From the NCBI GenBank assembly GCA_017629735.1, contig JAGBWQ010000117.1, forward strand, positions 1-39,256: 39,256 bases of DNA, given 5' to 3'. The translations under genes and the position numbers were made by a program. The DNA is from Kiritimatiellia bacterium (GTDB lineage: Bacteria; Verrucomicrobiota; Kiritimatiellia; RFP12; UBA1067). The notes under the pieces were generated by a model. It saw nothing but the letters and a program-made list of their open reading frames with translations. It ran no database searches and had not been told where the DNA came from. Shown here one piece after another: positions 25,155 to 33,576 of the stretch. Numbering within the stretch: position 1 is the stretch's first letter; every line of letters starts with the position of its first letter.

Positions 25155-26290
25155 TCAAAAGCAACCTTTATGGCTTCAGCCTCTGTAGTGAGCCCTGCTG
25201 CAACTTTCGAGCGAACATCTTCTGCAAGCAAGACAAATCCAGATTTTCTCGCCTCTTCCAAGATGCGCTCCTCCGAAGCTCCGTCCGCAATAAGACGCGA
25301 GGTCTCTGCGTCGGGCTTGAAAATCTCGAAAACGCCAGTGCGCCCTTTTGTGCCGCGCCCAGAACATTCGCCGCAGCCTTTTCCTGAACATTCCTTACAC
25401 ACGGTACGCACGAGGCGCTGAGCGATTGACAAGCGCAAGGTAGCTGAAATAAGATGATTGGCAAGCCCCATATTTCTTAATCTCGTTACCGCTGCTATTG
25501 CACCATTGGCGTGGAGAGTAGAAAGAACAAGGTGCCCTGTAAGAGCAGACTTTATTGCAACATCAAGCGACTGAGCATCTCTAATTTCGCCAATCATCAC
25601 AACATCCGGATCGTGACGAAGTATCGATTTAAGAGCTTTGTCGAAATTGACCTTATCGGAAGAATCGACCTCAGCCTGTGATACACCTGGAATTTCGTAT
25701 TCAACCGGGTCCTCCACCGTCATTATGTTTTTTGGCGAGCCTTTAAGAAGCTCTCCTATAAAAGCATAAAGCGTAGTTGTCTTGCCCGAACCGGTTGGAC
25801 CTGTTAAGAGAACAAGTCCCTGTGGACGCGCGAGCACACCATCGACCACTGAACGAGCTGATCCAGAAAGCCCAATATCATCTAGCGTAAACCGCTTTCC
25901 GCCAACTTCCAAAAGGCGCAACGTAATTCTCTCGCCGTGACGCACAGGAAGCGTTGCCATTCGAATGTCAAGAGGCCCAGAAAACGGAGCTCCCGGTATA
26001 TTCATTCTCCACGAAAATCCACCATCTTGCGGAGCGCGCCTTTCTGCAATGTCCAAGGAAGCAAGAACTTTAAGCCTGCCTGTCACGGCGCTTTGCATTG
26101 TAGAAGGAATACGAAGGACTTCCTCTAATTCACCGTCAATTCTAAAGCGCACTCTAACATATCCCTCGAAAGGATCAAAGTGCACATCGGAAGCGCGCAT
26201 GAGAAGCCCTGCTCGCAAGATGCGATCGACGAGGCCTACCGGATCTGAAATCCGATCGGCATGCATAAGAAGATCAGCGGCCGATAGCAT
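25151..26290 (-). CDS. GspE/PilB-type assembly ATPase, short form lacking the N-terminal N1 domain
   Basis: Walker A LLTGPTGSGKTTTLYA, Asp box, Walker B VVMIGEIRD, His box LVLSTLHAN, and a tetracysteine CKEC-x4-CGEC. 379 aa. Confidence 0.9.
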   Translation of the reverse strand: MLSAADLLMHADRISDPVGLVDRILRAGLLMRASDVHFDPFEGYVRVRFRIDGELEEVLRIPSTMQSAVTGRLKVLASLDIAERRAPQDGGFSWRMNIPGAPFSGPLDIRMATLPVRHGERITLRLLEVGGKRFTLDDIGLSGSARSVVDGVLARPQGLVLLTGPTGSGKTTTLYAFIGELLKGSPKNIMTVEDPVEYEIPGVSQAEVDSSDKVNFDKALKSILRHDPDVVMIGEIRDAQSLDVAIKSALTGHLVLSTLHANGAIAAVTRLRNMGLANHLISATLRLSIAQRLVRTVCKECSGKGCGECSGRGTKGRTGVFEIFKPDAETSRLIADGASEERILEEARKSGFVLLAEDVRSKVAAGLTTEAEAIKVAFE

Positions 26291-27380
26291 TTAGCCTCCC
26301 TTTGAGAATTTCAGGATTCTTCGAAATGGCAAGTGCGTTGCGCTCTGAAATTTTCCCTGCCGCAAAAAGCTCAACAAGCGAGCTATCAAGCGTGCGCATT
26401 CCATAAGGAGTGCCAGTCTCAATTACCGAATAAAGCTGCGCCGATCTTCCAGTCGCAATTAGATTGGCAGATGCAGATGTGTTCACAAGAATCTCGCATG
26501 CGGGAGACCTCGACTTCCCGTCAGGCGATGGCAAAAGATGCTGTGCGCAAATGCCGCGCAAAACTAACGCTAGCTGACGCCTTGCGCTATTTTGCTCATC
26601 TGCAGGAAAGATTGAAATAAGCCGCTCCACCGCTCCTGCGCAATCTCCAGCGTGGAGTGTCGCGAAAACTAAATGCCCTGTCTCCGCGGCACGAAGAGCT
26701 GTGCGCACAGTATCAAGATCTCTCATTTCGCCGACAAGAATTACATCAGGATCCTGTCTTAAGGATTCAACGAGCGCTGAGTTGAAGCTGACCGCATCGC
26801 GTCCAATCTGCCTCTGGTTAACGAAGCACATTTCAGAGACATGCTCAAATTCAACAGGATCTTCAATCGTAATAATATGGCCTGGCCGACTCTTGTTGAT
26901 TGAGTTAATCATTGTGGCAAGCGTTGTAGTCTTGCCCGACCCAGTGGGGCCTGTCACAATAACAAGGCCATCACGCTCCTTGCAAAAGCCAGAAACTCTT
27001 TCTGGAAGACCAAGCTCGGAATATGATCTAAATGTTGAATCAAGCCTACGAAGCGCTACTGCGTGCCTGCCCGATTCTCTATAAATGTTAAATCTGTAAC
27101 GCGCTCCGGAGGGAGATGTAAGCGCGCCATCAATTGAACCTTCCTTCATCAAAAGCATGCGAACCTTTTCCGTTCCATCCGGGCTTCCAAGTGGCAATGT
27201 AAAAAGGCCAAGCTCCATGACGATCGCATCCACTGCCTTAACATCAAAGGGCGAGAAATCTCCTTTTACCACAAGCGATCCACGCAATCTGAAGCGCGGC
27301 GCAAAACCGGCCGTTAGGTGAATATCGCTCGCACCATATTCCTCGCAAAGCGAAAGAAGGCATTCAAGTATTGGCGACAT
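26274..27380 (-). CDS. pilT: PilT/PilU-type (retraction-type) ATPase
   Basis: ASDIHLTAGFAPRFRLRGSL at the N-terminus, IVTGPTGSGKTTTLATMINSIN, IITIEDPVEFEH, VILVGEMRD, LVFATLHAG. 368 aa and no tetracysteine motif. Confidence 0.88.
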   Translation of the reverse strand: MSPILECLLSLCEEYGASDIHLTAGFAPRFRLRGSLVVKGDFSPFDVKAVDAIVMELGLFTLPLGSPDGTEKVRMLLMKEGSIDGALTSPSGARYRFNIYRESGRHAVALRRLDSTFRSYSELGLPERVSGFCKERDGLVIVTGPTGSGKTTTLATMINSINKSRPGHIITIEDPVEFEHVSEMCFVNQRQIGRDAVSFNSALVESLRQDPDVILVGEMRDLDTVRTALRAAETGHLVFATLHAGDCAGAVERLISIFPADEQNSARRQLALVLRGICAQHLLPSPDGKSRSPACEILVNTSASANLIATGRSAQLYSVIETGTPYGMRTLDSSLVELFAAGKISERNALAISKNPEILKGRLNAIGR

Positions 27381-27393
27381 TTTTTACTTCCCC

Positions 27394-27939
27394 TTAAAGT
27401 GATGTGTTTACTAAAATGCGCGATGGCGGAGTGAACGAAACCGACACCGGAACAACCGCAAGCTTCTCGTCCGCTATCGCCTTAAATGCGTTGAGAAGCG
27501 AGAAGTACGACCCCTCCAAAGCCCAAAGTCTTCCCGTGGGCGATGGACGCGTTCCTGTTGCGCGAAGAGTCGCGCATGATCTCCCCTCGCCCGGAACAAC
27601 ATCACAGCGCACAATCCCAAGCCCTGCTTTTCTAAAGACAGCAGCAAGAATTCGAGAGCGCTCAGCTTCCGATTCAGAAGGTGATGCATTTATCTCGCTA
27701 GCAGGTTGAGGCGCACTCTTTTCAAGAGCAAGCTCCTTTTGCGCTTCAGCAGCGCGCTTGCGCGCAAGAGAGATAGCGTCATCAAATTCTTCTTCTGAAA
27801 CAAGCGAGATAATCTCGCTGCGCATTGACTTTATCTGAGAAGCGACTTTATTTCTCCAAAGGTGAAAATAAAGCCCCGCCGCAAGTACTGGCACGAGAAC
27901 GAGCGCAAAAACGATATCTTTTTGTCTCACTTCAATCAT
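27394..27939 (-). CDS. Bitopic inner-membrane protein, PilO/GspM-like by position and topology
   Basis: MIEVRQKDIVFALVLVPVLAAGLYFHLW (one TM), then a coiled-coil/low-complexity linker and a C-terminal domain of about 80 aa. Start at ATG 27939. No diagnostic motif. Confidence 0.5.
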   Translation of the reverse strand: MIEVRQKDIVFALVLVPVLAAGLYFHLWRNKVASQIKSMRSEIISLVSEEEFDDAISLARKRAAEAQKELALEKSAPQPASEINASPSESEAERSRILAAVFRKAGLGIVRCDVVPGEGRSCATLRATGTRPSPTGRLWALEGSYFSLLNAFKAIADEKLAVVPVSVSFTPPSRILVNTSL

Positions 27940-28687
27940 ACGCCACCTCACATTCAAAAACGGCAGTCTCGTCATCTGCGCCGGCTACCGTAGAGCCAGG
28001 AACAACTCGCCACTTCTTATCGTTCGCTCCAGCAGAAAGATTTGCCATCACATCTGCAGCTGCTTGCGGAGAAACTGCCGTTGCCTTCATTCGCGCACTA
28101 AAGGGTGCTTTTGAAGAAACTTCCGTAACCACTGCATTGCCGCCGCAAGAAGAGGCAATCTGCGAGAGAATTCCATGCCATGCTAAACGCAATTTAGCCG
28201 CCTTCTCTTGCGCATCTGCAGCATTCTTGCGAGAGATACGGATTCTTTGAGCTTCATCGCGTGCGGCTTTTTCTGCGCGGACAATACTCTTAACTTTCTC
28301 ATCAAGATGCCTTCTTGCAACAAGCTCCTTTTTAAGCGAGGAGAGCTCTCTTAAGGTAAAAGCAGCATCAACTATAATCGCACAAAGAATCGCCACCCCA
28401 ACTGCGGAAAGAATTTTTATCGTACGCTTTCCTGTCGAAACTTTTCCTGCTCCTCCTCTCCGCACCGCGACATCATAAACGCAAACAGAAGGATCCTCGT
28501 CTGCAATAACAATATACTGTACTTCCGCCTCTGCGGCAGGAATGCCAGAGACAGGCTCAAGCTCGTATGCGAGCGCCATCTCAATCTCATGCTTGGCAAG
28601 CCCAGCGGTCTGAACAGACGACATTCGCACTTGGCGGCGAAAAGCGGACGGATCGTCCATTACTGATTGGTGCATTTTATTTTTCAC
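27932..28687 (-). CDS. Bitopic inner-membrane protein, PilN/GspL-like
   Basis: About 95-aa cytoplasmic region, TM helix ILSAVGVAILCAIIVDAAF, a coiled coil, then a periplasmic domain. Start is GTG 28687 (GTGA overlap) or ATG 28675. Confidence 0.5.
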   Translation of the reverse strand: MKNKMHQSVMDDPSAFRRQVRMSSVQTAGLAKHEIEMALAYELEPVSGIPAAEAEVQYIVIADEDPSVCVYDVAVRRGGAGKVSTGKRTIKILSAVGVAILCAIIVDAAFTLRELSSLKKELVARRHLDEKVKSIVRAEKAARDEAQRIRISRKNAADAQEKAAKLRLAWHGILSQIASSCGGNAVVTEVSSKAPFSARMKATAVSPQAAADVMANLSAGANDKKWRVVPGSTVAGADDETAVFECEVAYD

Positions 28688-29469
28688 GGAATTTCGATCT
28701 CCAGCAAATTGTCCCCTGGAAGAATTTCCACAAGCCTCACAACTGGCACTGAAGAACCTGCCTTCGCCGCCGTCACGATCCGATTCCCGGGAGTAAGTCC
28801 TTCAAAAGTGTGCTGAACATTGGCGGAAACAGTTTTAACACATCCTGTTATCATGCCCGACGCGGGCCCATACCATGCAAGTTTGACATCTCCTGAAAGG
28901 CCGTTGCCTCTCGCCCAGACGGTAAGAGATGAAGAGGAATAATTTTTAGGAAGAATATCTACTGTGCGCTTATCAGCAATACGACCATTCGCGCCATAAT
29001 GAGAAACTTGCGCGGCATAAAGAAGATTTGTAAGCGTAATGCGCGGCAAATGCGCTTCATCAAATAGCTCAATCGCATTGCCCCAGGGATCGCGCAATTT
29101 TGTTCGCCCGCTTTTAAGGCGAATGTATGGGCCTCTCCAACCAGCAGGAACACGAATGGACGACGCGGCAAGAGCAGGATCTACTCCAGAGGCAAGATTC
29201 GCCGCGGACGCGGGCCTTAGGCGATATTCAAGGACATCATCAGGCTTTGCCCACAATTCACTTAGCGTTCCATTTGTAACTGACACGGGGCGACCTACAT
29301 CAGAAAGAAAAGCCAAAGATGCCTTGCGAATTTCTTCAAGCTGACTATCTGCCGCTGAGACGAGCTTTTCGTTGCGAATATGCGCCACTTCGCGCACAGC
29401 AAGGTGTGTGGCAAGCGCAATTACAAGAAGCACCACAACAAGCTCAAGAAGAGTGAAGGCCTTTTTCAT
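28684..29469 (-). CDS. GspG-like pseudopilin (prepilin-type N-terminus)
   Basis: MKKA|FTLLELVVVLLVIALATHLAV, plus GWRGPYIRL...RDPWGNAIEL, the hallmark motif pair of T2SS major pseudopilins. 261 aa. Confidence 0.85.
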   Translation of the reverse strand: MKKAFTLLELVVVLLVIALATHLAVREVAHIRNEKLVSAADSQLEEIRKASLAFLSDVGRPVSVTNGTLSELWAKPDDVLEYRLRPASAANLASGVDPALAASSIRVPAGWRGPYIRLKSGRTKLRDPWGNAIELFDEAHLPRITLTNLLYAAQVSHYGANGRIADKRTVDILPKNYSSSSLTVWARGNGLSGDVKLAWYGPASGMITGCVKTVSANVQHTFEGLTPGNRIVTAAKAGSSVPVVRLVEILPGDNLLEIEIP

Positions 29470-30371
29470 TTTTCCTCCTCCCCTTCATCAATATCGTTAC
29501 GCACCAAAAAGAGAATTATATCATCGCCTCTTGCCGCCACTCCGCGATCATCGCGACCTGCCTGACGCGAAAGACGCCGGAAAGATTCCGACCATGTTGT
29601 ATCCCAATGGTTCGTCTTGTTCAAGGCGAAACACGGTGTTGAAAGCCTTCCGTCGGGGCCTGCAGAAACCACGCGCGCGTAGCGAAAACGAATTTCGTCG
29701 GACAAGTTTGTATTTACCCCCTCGAAAGCTTGCGCAGGCGGAATTTGCAACACATACGGATTGCCCCAAGGATCGATAACGGCAGGCTCGCCAGGAAAAC
29801 CATAAACTGAGCACCCCCCCTCGCGTCGCGTAAATACTTCTGGGAGACGCAAGTTATCAAGGGGCGGGAAGAAGCCACGCTCTTCAAAAGACGCATCTTC
29901 GCTGAATCTTCGCGCAGACTCCGTGGGGAAATCGCCTGCCCATGTGTTTATGTATGGCCCTCTCCAACCTCTTTCTGCATCTGCATTCCACTTAGTGAAA
30001 GCCTCGTGCGGCGCGCAGCCGTCTGGATTTTGAACTCTATTTGGATCATCAACACGGAAACCCACCTTCAAAGTGGCATCAGATTCGACAACGCCAAACA
30101 AATTTGTAGGCATCATCAAATTGGCAATGCGAAGATAACCCAAAGAAAAACCAGGAATATTCCCCATATCGCGGAGATAACCTGACTCTTCTGACATAAA
30201 TGCTTCGCGAAGAGTTGCAAGATCGCGTTCTGCGGCGGAAATTTTCGCTTTTTCAGCTACGGAGGAAATTTTTGTAACAGCAAAGACTGCGATAATTGAC
30301 AATATCGCAACAACCGCCACGAGTTCTATTAAAGTAAACCCGTCGCGAAACTGAGATTTTCTTTGCTCCAT
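29466..30371 (-). CDS. GspG-like pseudopilin (prepilin-type N-terminus)
   Basis: MEQRKSQFRDG|FTLIELVAVVAILSIIAVFAV, plus GWRGPYINTW...IDPWGNPYVLQ. Start taken at ATG 30371, which gives an 11-aa leader ending in Gly. The track TTG at 30398 lies inside the conserved upstream element. Confidence 0.85.
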   Translation of the reverse strand: MEQRKSQFRDGFTLIELVAVVAILSIIAVFAVTKISSVAEKAKISAAERDLATLREAFMSEESGYLRDMGNIPGFSLGYLRIANLMMPTNLFGVVESDATLKVGFRVDDPNRVQNPDGCAPHEAFTKWNADAERGWRGPYINTWAGDFPTESARRFSEDASFEERGFFPPLDNLRLPEVFTRREGGCSVYGFPGEPAVIDPWGNPYVLQIPPAQAFEGVNTNLSDEIRFRYARVVSAGPDGRLSTPCFALNKTNHWDTTWSESFRRLSRQAGRDDRGVAARGDDIILFLVRNDIDEGEEEK

Positions 30372-30379
30372 CGCACATT

Positions 30380-30408
30380 TAAACGAAGCAAAGCTCAAAA
30401 AGGTTCAC
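30380..30408 (-). promoter_or_regulatory. ECF-sigma-like promoter GTGAACC-N16-CGTTTA upstream of the pilus/T2SS operon (copy B)
   Basis: The minus strand reads AAGTGAACCTTTTTG AGCTTT GCTTCGTTTAAAT, then GTGCG ATG. Only 8 nt separate the CGTTTA box from ATG 30371. Confidence 0.4.
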
Positions 30409-30409
30409 T

Positions 30410-31090
30410 TTAATCCTCGTCAACTTCTTTCAGAAGTTCGAAATGGTTCTTGCGAGCGGAGATGACCCCTCGCTTACACAACTTACCTATTTCTGCTGAA
30501 AGCGCGCTTCGCTCAACACAAAGAAAATCTGCAAGAGCCTGCCTATCGAAAGGAATCTCAAATTTGAGTGAATTGTTACGGATTGACTGGCCATGAAGGT
30601 ATGTAAGTAATCGTCTCTCAATCGTGCGATGCGAGAGAATTGAAATCTTCCTACCAAGCATCACAGCTTTCTCTGCAAGATTTATGGTCAAGTTCCTAAG
30701 GAAGCGCAAGTGCACAGGATCTGGAACTCTACCGGGGCAAAGGACACGAGCGACATCAAATAAAAGAACTTCAGTTTTTTCCTTCGCCTCAACCGACACT
30801 CGAAGGCGCTCAACTCCTGCTATTGAGAGCGCAACAGCAGCCGTTCCCATAGGATCAACTTGCTCGACGATATTGCGATGCCCATTAACATCGTATCTCG
30901 ACACTGCAAGCACACCCGAGAGAACAATTGCAAAATGATCTGCCTTAAAGCCAGTGCGAAAAAGCACTTCTCCTTTACGAAGAGTTTTTATGCTCGCCCC
31001 GAGTCGCTCAATTAGCGGCTCAACCTCCTCAGGAGGAACACTTTTAAAGAGCTTACACAAAAGCGGCAGAGTAGTTAGATTTCTTGTCAT
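30410..31090 (-). CDS. Crp/Fnr-family transcription regulator, HcpR-like by context
   Basis: N-terminal cNMP-binding-like beta-roll (GEVLFRTGFKADHFAIVLSG) and C-terminal HTH (RQALADFLCVERSALSAEIGKLCKRGVI). Divergent from hcp. Confidence 0.85.
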   Translation of the reverse strand: MTRNLTTLPLLCKLFKSVPPEEVEPLIERLGASIKTLRKGEVLFRTGFKADHFAIVLSGVLAVSRYDVNGHRNIVEQVDPMGTAAVALSIAGVERLRVSVEAKEKTEVLLFDVARVLCPGRVPDPVHLRFLRNLTINLAEKAVMLGRKISILSHRTIERRLLTYLHGQSIRNNSLKFEIPFDRQALADFLCVERSALSAEIGKLCKRGVISARKNHFELLKEVDED

Positions 31091-31096
31091 GCGAGA

Positions 31097-31105
31097 ATTT
31101 TACCA
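31097..31105 (-). promoter_or_regulatory. Extended -10 box TGGTAAAAT, 6 nt upstream of the regulator ATG
   Basis: The reverse complement of 31088-31105 reads TGGTAAAAT TCTCGC ATG. No SD. Confidence 0.45.
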
Positions 31106-31203
31106 AATTTTTCTATTCCGTTGGAATCACAACATAACCAAAGAAAAAAATTATGTACATTATCCACCGTCCGGGAATAATCCCGAACGAAAGGAGTAAA
31201 CCT

Positions 31204-32847
31204 ATGGAAAATAAAATGTTCTGCTACCAGTGTCAGGAAACCGCAGGAGGAGAAGGCTGCACCTTCATTGGCGTATGCGGCAAAAAGAGTGAGCTTGCAA
31301 ATCTCCAAGACCTTCTCGTATGGAACACGAAGGGCTTGTCGCAGATTACAACACGCTTACGCGATGAAGGCAAGAGCGTCGATGAGAGCATCAATCATCT
31401 GGTGACAACGAACCTCTTTATGACCATCACAAACGCAAACTTTGATTCGCTTGCAATTACTGATGCCATTACAAAGACGCTCGCTGCCAAACGCACTCTT
31501 CTAGCAAAGCTTTGTGATCGTACAAATCTCCACGAAGCAGCACTTTGGCATGGAGATGAATCGACATACTCCACCAAGGCTGCGGCTGTTGGAGTACTCT
31601 CCTCAATTGGAATTGATGAAGATGTGCGCTCTCTTCGTGAGCTTATCACTTATGGAATCAAGGGGCTATCTGCGTATATGAAGCACGCGAATGCGCTTAA
31701 GTATGATTGCGAGAAATGCAATGCCTTCCTGCAGCGCGCACTTGCCGCGACACTAGACAGCTCGCTCGGCACAAACGCTCTTACCGACCTCGCTCTTGAA
31801 ACGGGAAGGTTTGGCATTAAAACGATGGCGCTTCTCGACAAGGCGAATACATCGCACTTTGGCAGTCCTGAGATTTCGAAGGTCTCTCTTGGCGTTCGAA
31901 AAAATCCTGGGATTTTAGTTTCAGGTCATGATCTCGGCGACTTGAAAATGCTTCTTGAGCAATCGAAAGATTCAAACGTCGACATTTACACTCACTGCGA
32001 AATGCTTCCTGCGCACTGCTATCCGACATTTAAGAAATATCCGCATCTTGCTGGCAATTACGGGAATGCTTGGTGGCAGCAAAAAGAAGAATTCGAAAAA
32101 TTTAATGGTCCAATTTTGATGACTTCGAACTGCATCGTGCCTCCAGCGCCAAATGCTGCATACGCAAATCGTTTTTGGACTACCGGCGCGGCAGGCTATC
32201 CGAACTGCCGCCACATCAAACGCGACAAATATGGGCGAAAGGATTTCTCGGGGATAATCAAACAGGCAAAATCTTGCAGACCACCGGAGATGCTTGAAGA
32301 CGGCACGATCACAGGCGGCTTTGCGCATGCACAGACATTATCGCTCGCGGACAAAATCGTTGATGCGGTAAAATCTGGTGCCGTGCGTAAATTTGTTGTG
32401 ATGGCAGGCTGCGATGGGAGAATGAAAAATCGCGCCTATTACACTGAGTTTGCCGAAGCGCTTCCGAAAGATGCGATCATTCTCACGGCAGGTTGCGCGA
32501 AGTTTAAGTACAACAAATTAAACTTGGGCGATATTGGAGGAATCCCACGCGTCCTTGATGCAGGCCAATGCAACGACTCTTATTCTCTCGTAGTAATTGC
32601 GCTTAAACTCAAGGAGGTGTTTGGGCTCGATGATATCAACAAGCTCCCGATTGTGTACAATATCGCCTGGTACGAGCAGAAGGCCGTTATCGTACTTCTT
32701 GCGCTATTGCATCTCGGAATAAAAAATATCCATCTTGGTCCAACCCTCCCAGCGTTTCTCTCTCCAAACGTCAAGAAGTTGCTGATAGACAACTTCGGCA
32801 TCTCCTCCATCAGCACCGTAGATGCTGACATAAAAAAATTCTTCTGA
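31204..32847 (+). CDS. hcp: Hybrid-cluster protein / hydroxylamine reductase
   Basis: [27 protein letters not shown] carries the N-terminal CxxC-x8-C-x5-C cluster motif. 547 aa. An AGGAG SD lies 7 nt upstream of ATG 31204. Confidence 0.95.
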   Translation: MENKMFCYQCQETAGGEGCTFIGVCGKKSELANLQDLLVWNTKGLSQITTRLRDEGKSVDESINHLVTTNLFMTITNANFDSLAITDAITKTLAAKRTLLAKLCDRTNLHEAALWHGDESTYSTKAAAVGVLSSIGIDEDVRSLRELITYGIKGLSAYMKHANALKYDCEKCNAFLQRALAATLDSSLGTNALTDLALETGRFGIKTMALLDKANTSHFGSPEISKVSLGVRKNPGILVSGHDLGDLKMLLEQSKDSNVDIYTHCEMLPAHCYPTFKKYPHLAGNYGNAWWQQKEEFEKFNGPILMTSNCIVPPAPNAAYANRFWTTGAAGYPNCRHIKRDKYGRKDFSGIIKQAKSCRPPEMLEDGTITGGFAHAQTLSLADKIVDAVKSGAVRKFVVMAGCDGRMKNRAYYTEFAEALPKDAIILTAGCAKFKYNKLNLGDIGGIPRVLDAGQCNDSYSLVVIALKLKEVFGLDDINKLPIVYNIAWYEQKAVIVLLALLHLGIKNIHLGPTLPAFLSPNVKKLLIDNFGISSISTVDADIKKFF

Positions 32848-32877
32848 AATAGCAACACTACGGCATCAACATCTCTA

Positions 32878-33576
32878 TCATGACAACCAAGAATCTTGAG
32901 GCGATGAGAATTCGAGCTTTTTGCCAGTGCGGGGGTGGATGAATGCAAGACGCAAGGAGTGTAAATAGAGCCTGTCTGAAGGTGCGGCGCCATACTTAAC
33001 ATCTCCAACGACTGGGTGCCCCGCTTCCGAAAAATGAACGCGGATCTGATTCTTTCGACCAGACTTCAAATACACCTCAACAAGTGTAGTCGTGCCCACC
33101 CGGGAGAGCTTCTTCCACTCCGTTCTAGCCTTGCGAGCGCCAGGTACATTCTGTGCAACAGATCGAACTTTGTATCCACGCGAATCCTCGAGCAACATAC
33201 TCTCGAAAACTCCACTATCCTCTTTTATCTCGCCTTCCACACGCGCGCGATATGTCTTCTCTGTAAGCAAATTCCAATTCGATCGAAACTTCTCTGCAAC
33301 TTCCGGACTCTTGGCAAACATCATTACGCCACTCGTCTCACGATCAAGCCGATGAACAAGCCATACCCTAAGCGAGCTACGCCTCTGCCCCTTGCGCAAA
33401 TAATCATTTAGCGCATTCTCCACCGTCATCTGCTCTTCTCTCGCAGCTCGCGTATGCAGTTTCGTGTGCGTGGAAAGCACACCTTCTGGCTTATCCACCA
33501 CAATCACATCACGATCCTCATAAAGGATCCTGTCCGCAATTAGCGAAGATGGACGCACTCTGCGCGAGACTCTCAC
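32878..33576 (-). CDS. RluA-family pseudouridine synthase
   Basis: ILYEDRDVIVVDKPEGVLS, and the catalytic HRLDRETSGVMMFAKS. I prefer the GTG start at 33576 (GTGA overlap with the upstream stop, giving 232 aa). An ATG at 33645 is an alternative. The track start at 33723 is unlikely. Confidence 0.85.
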   Translation of the reverse strand: MRVSRRVRPSSLIADRILYEDRDVIVVDKPEGVLSTHTKLHTRAAREEQMTVENALNDYLRKGQRRSSLRVWLVHRLDRETSGVMMFAKSPEVAEKFRSNWNLLTEKTYRARVEGEIKEDSGVFESMLLEDSRGYKVRSVAQNVPGARKARTEWKKLSRVGTTTLVEVYLKSGRKNQIRVHFSEAGHPVVGDVKYGAAPSDRLYLHSLRLAFIHPRTGKKLEFSSPQDSWLS

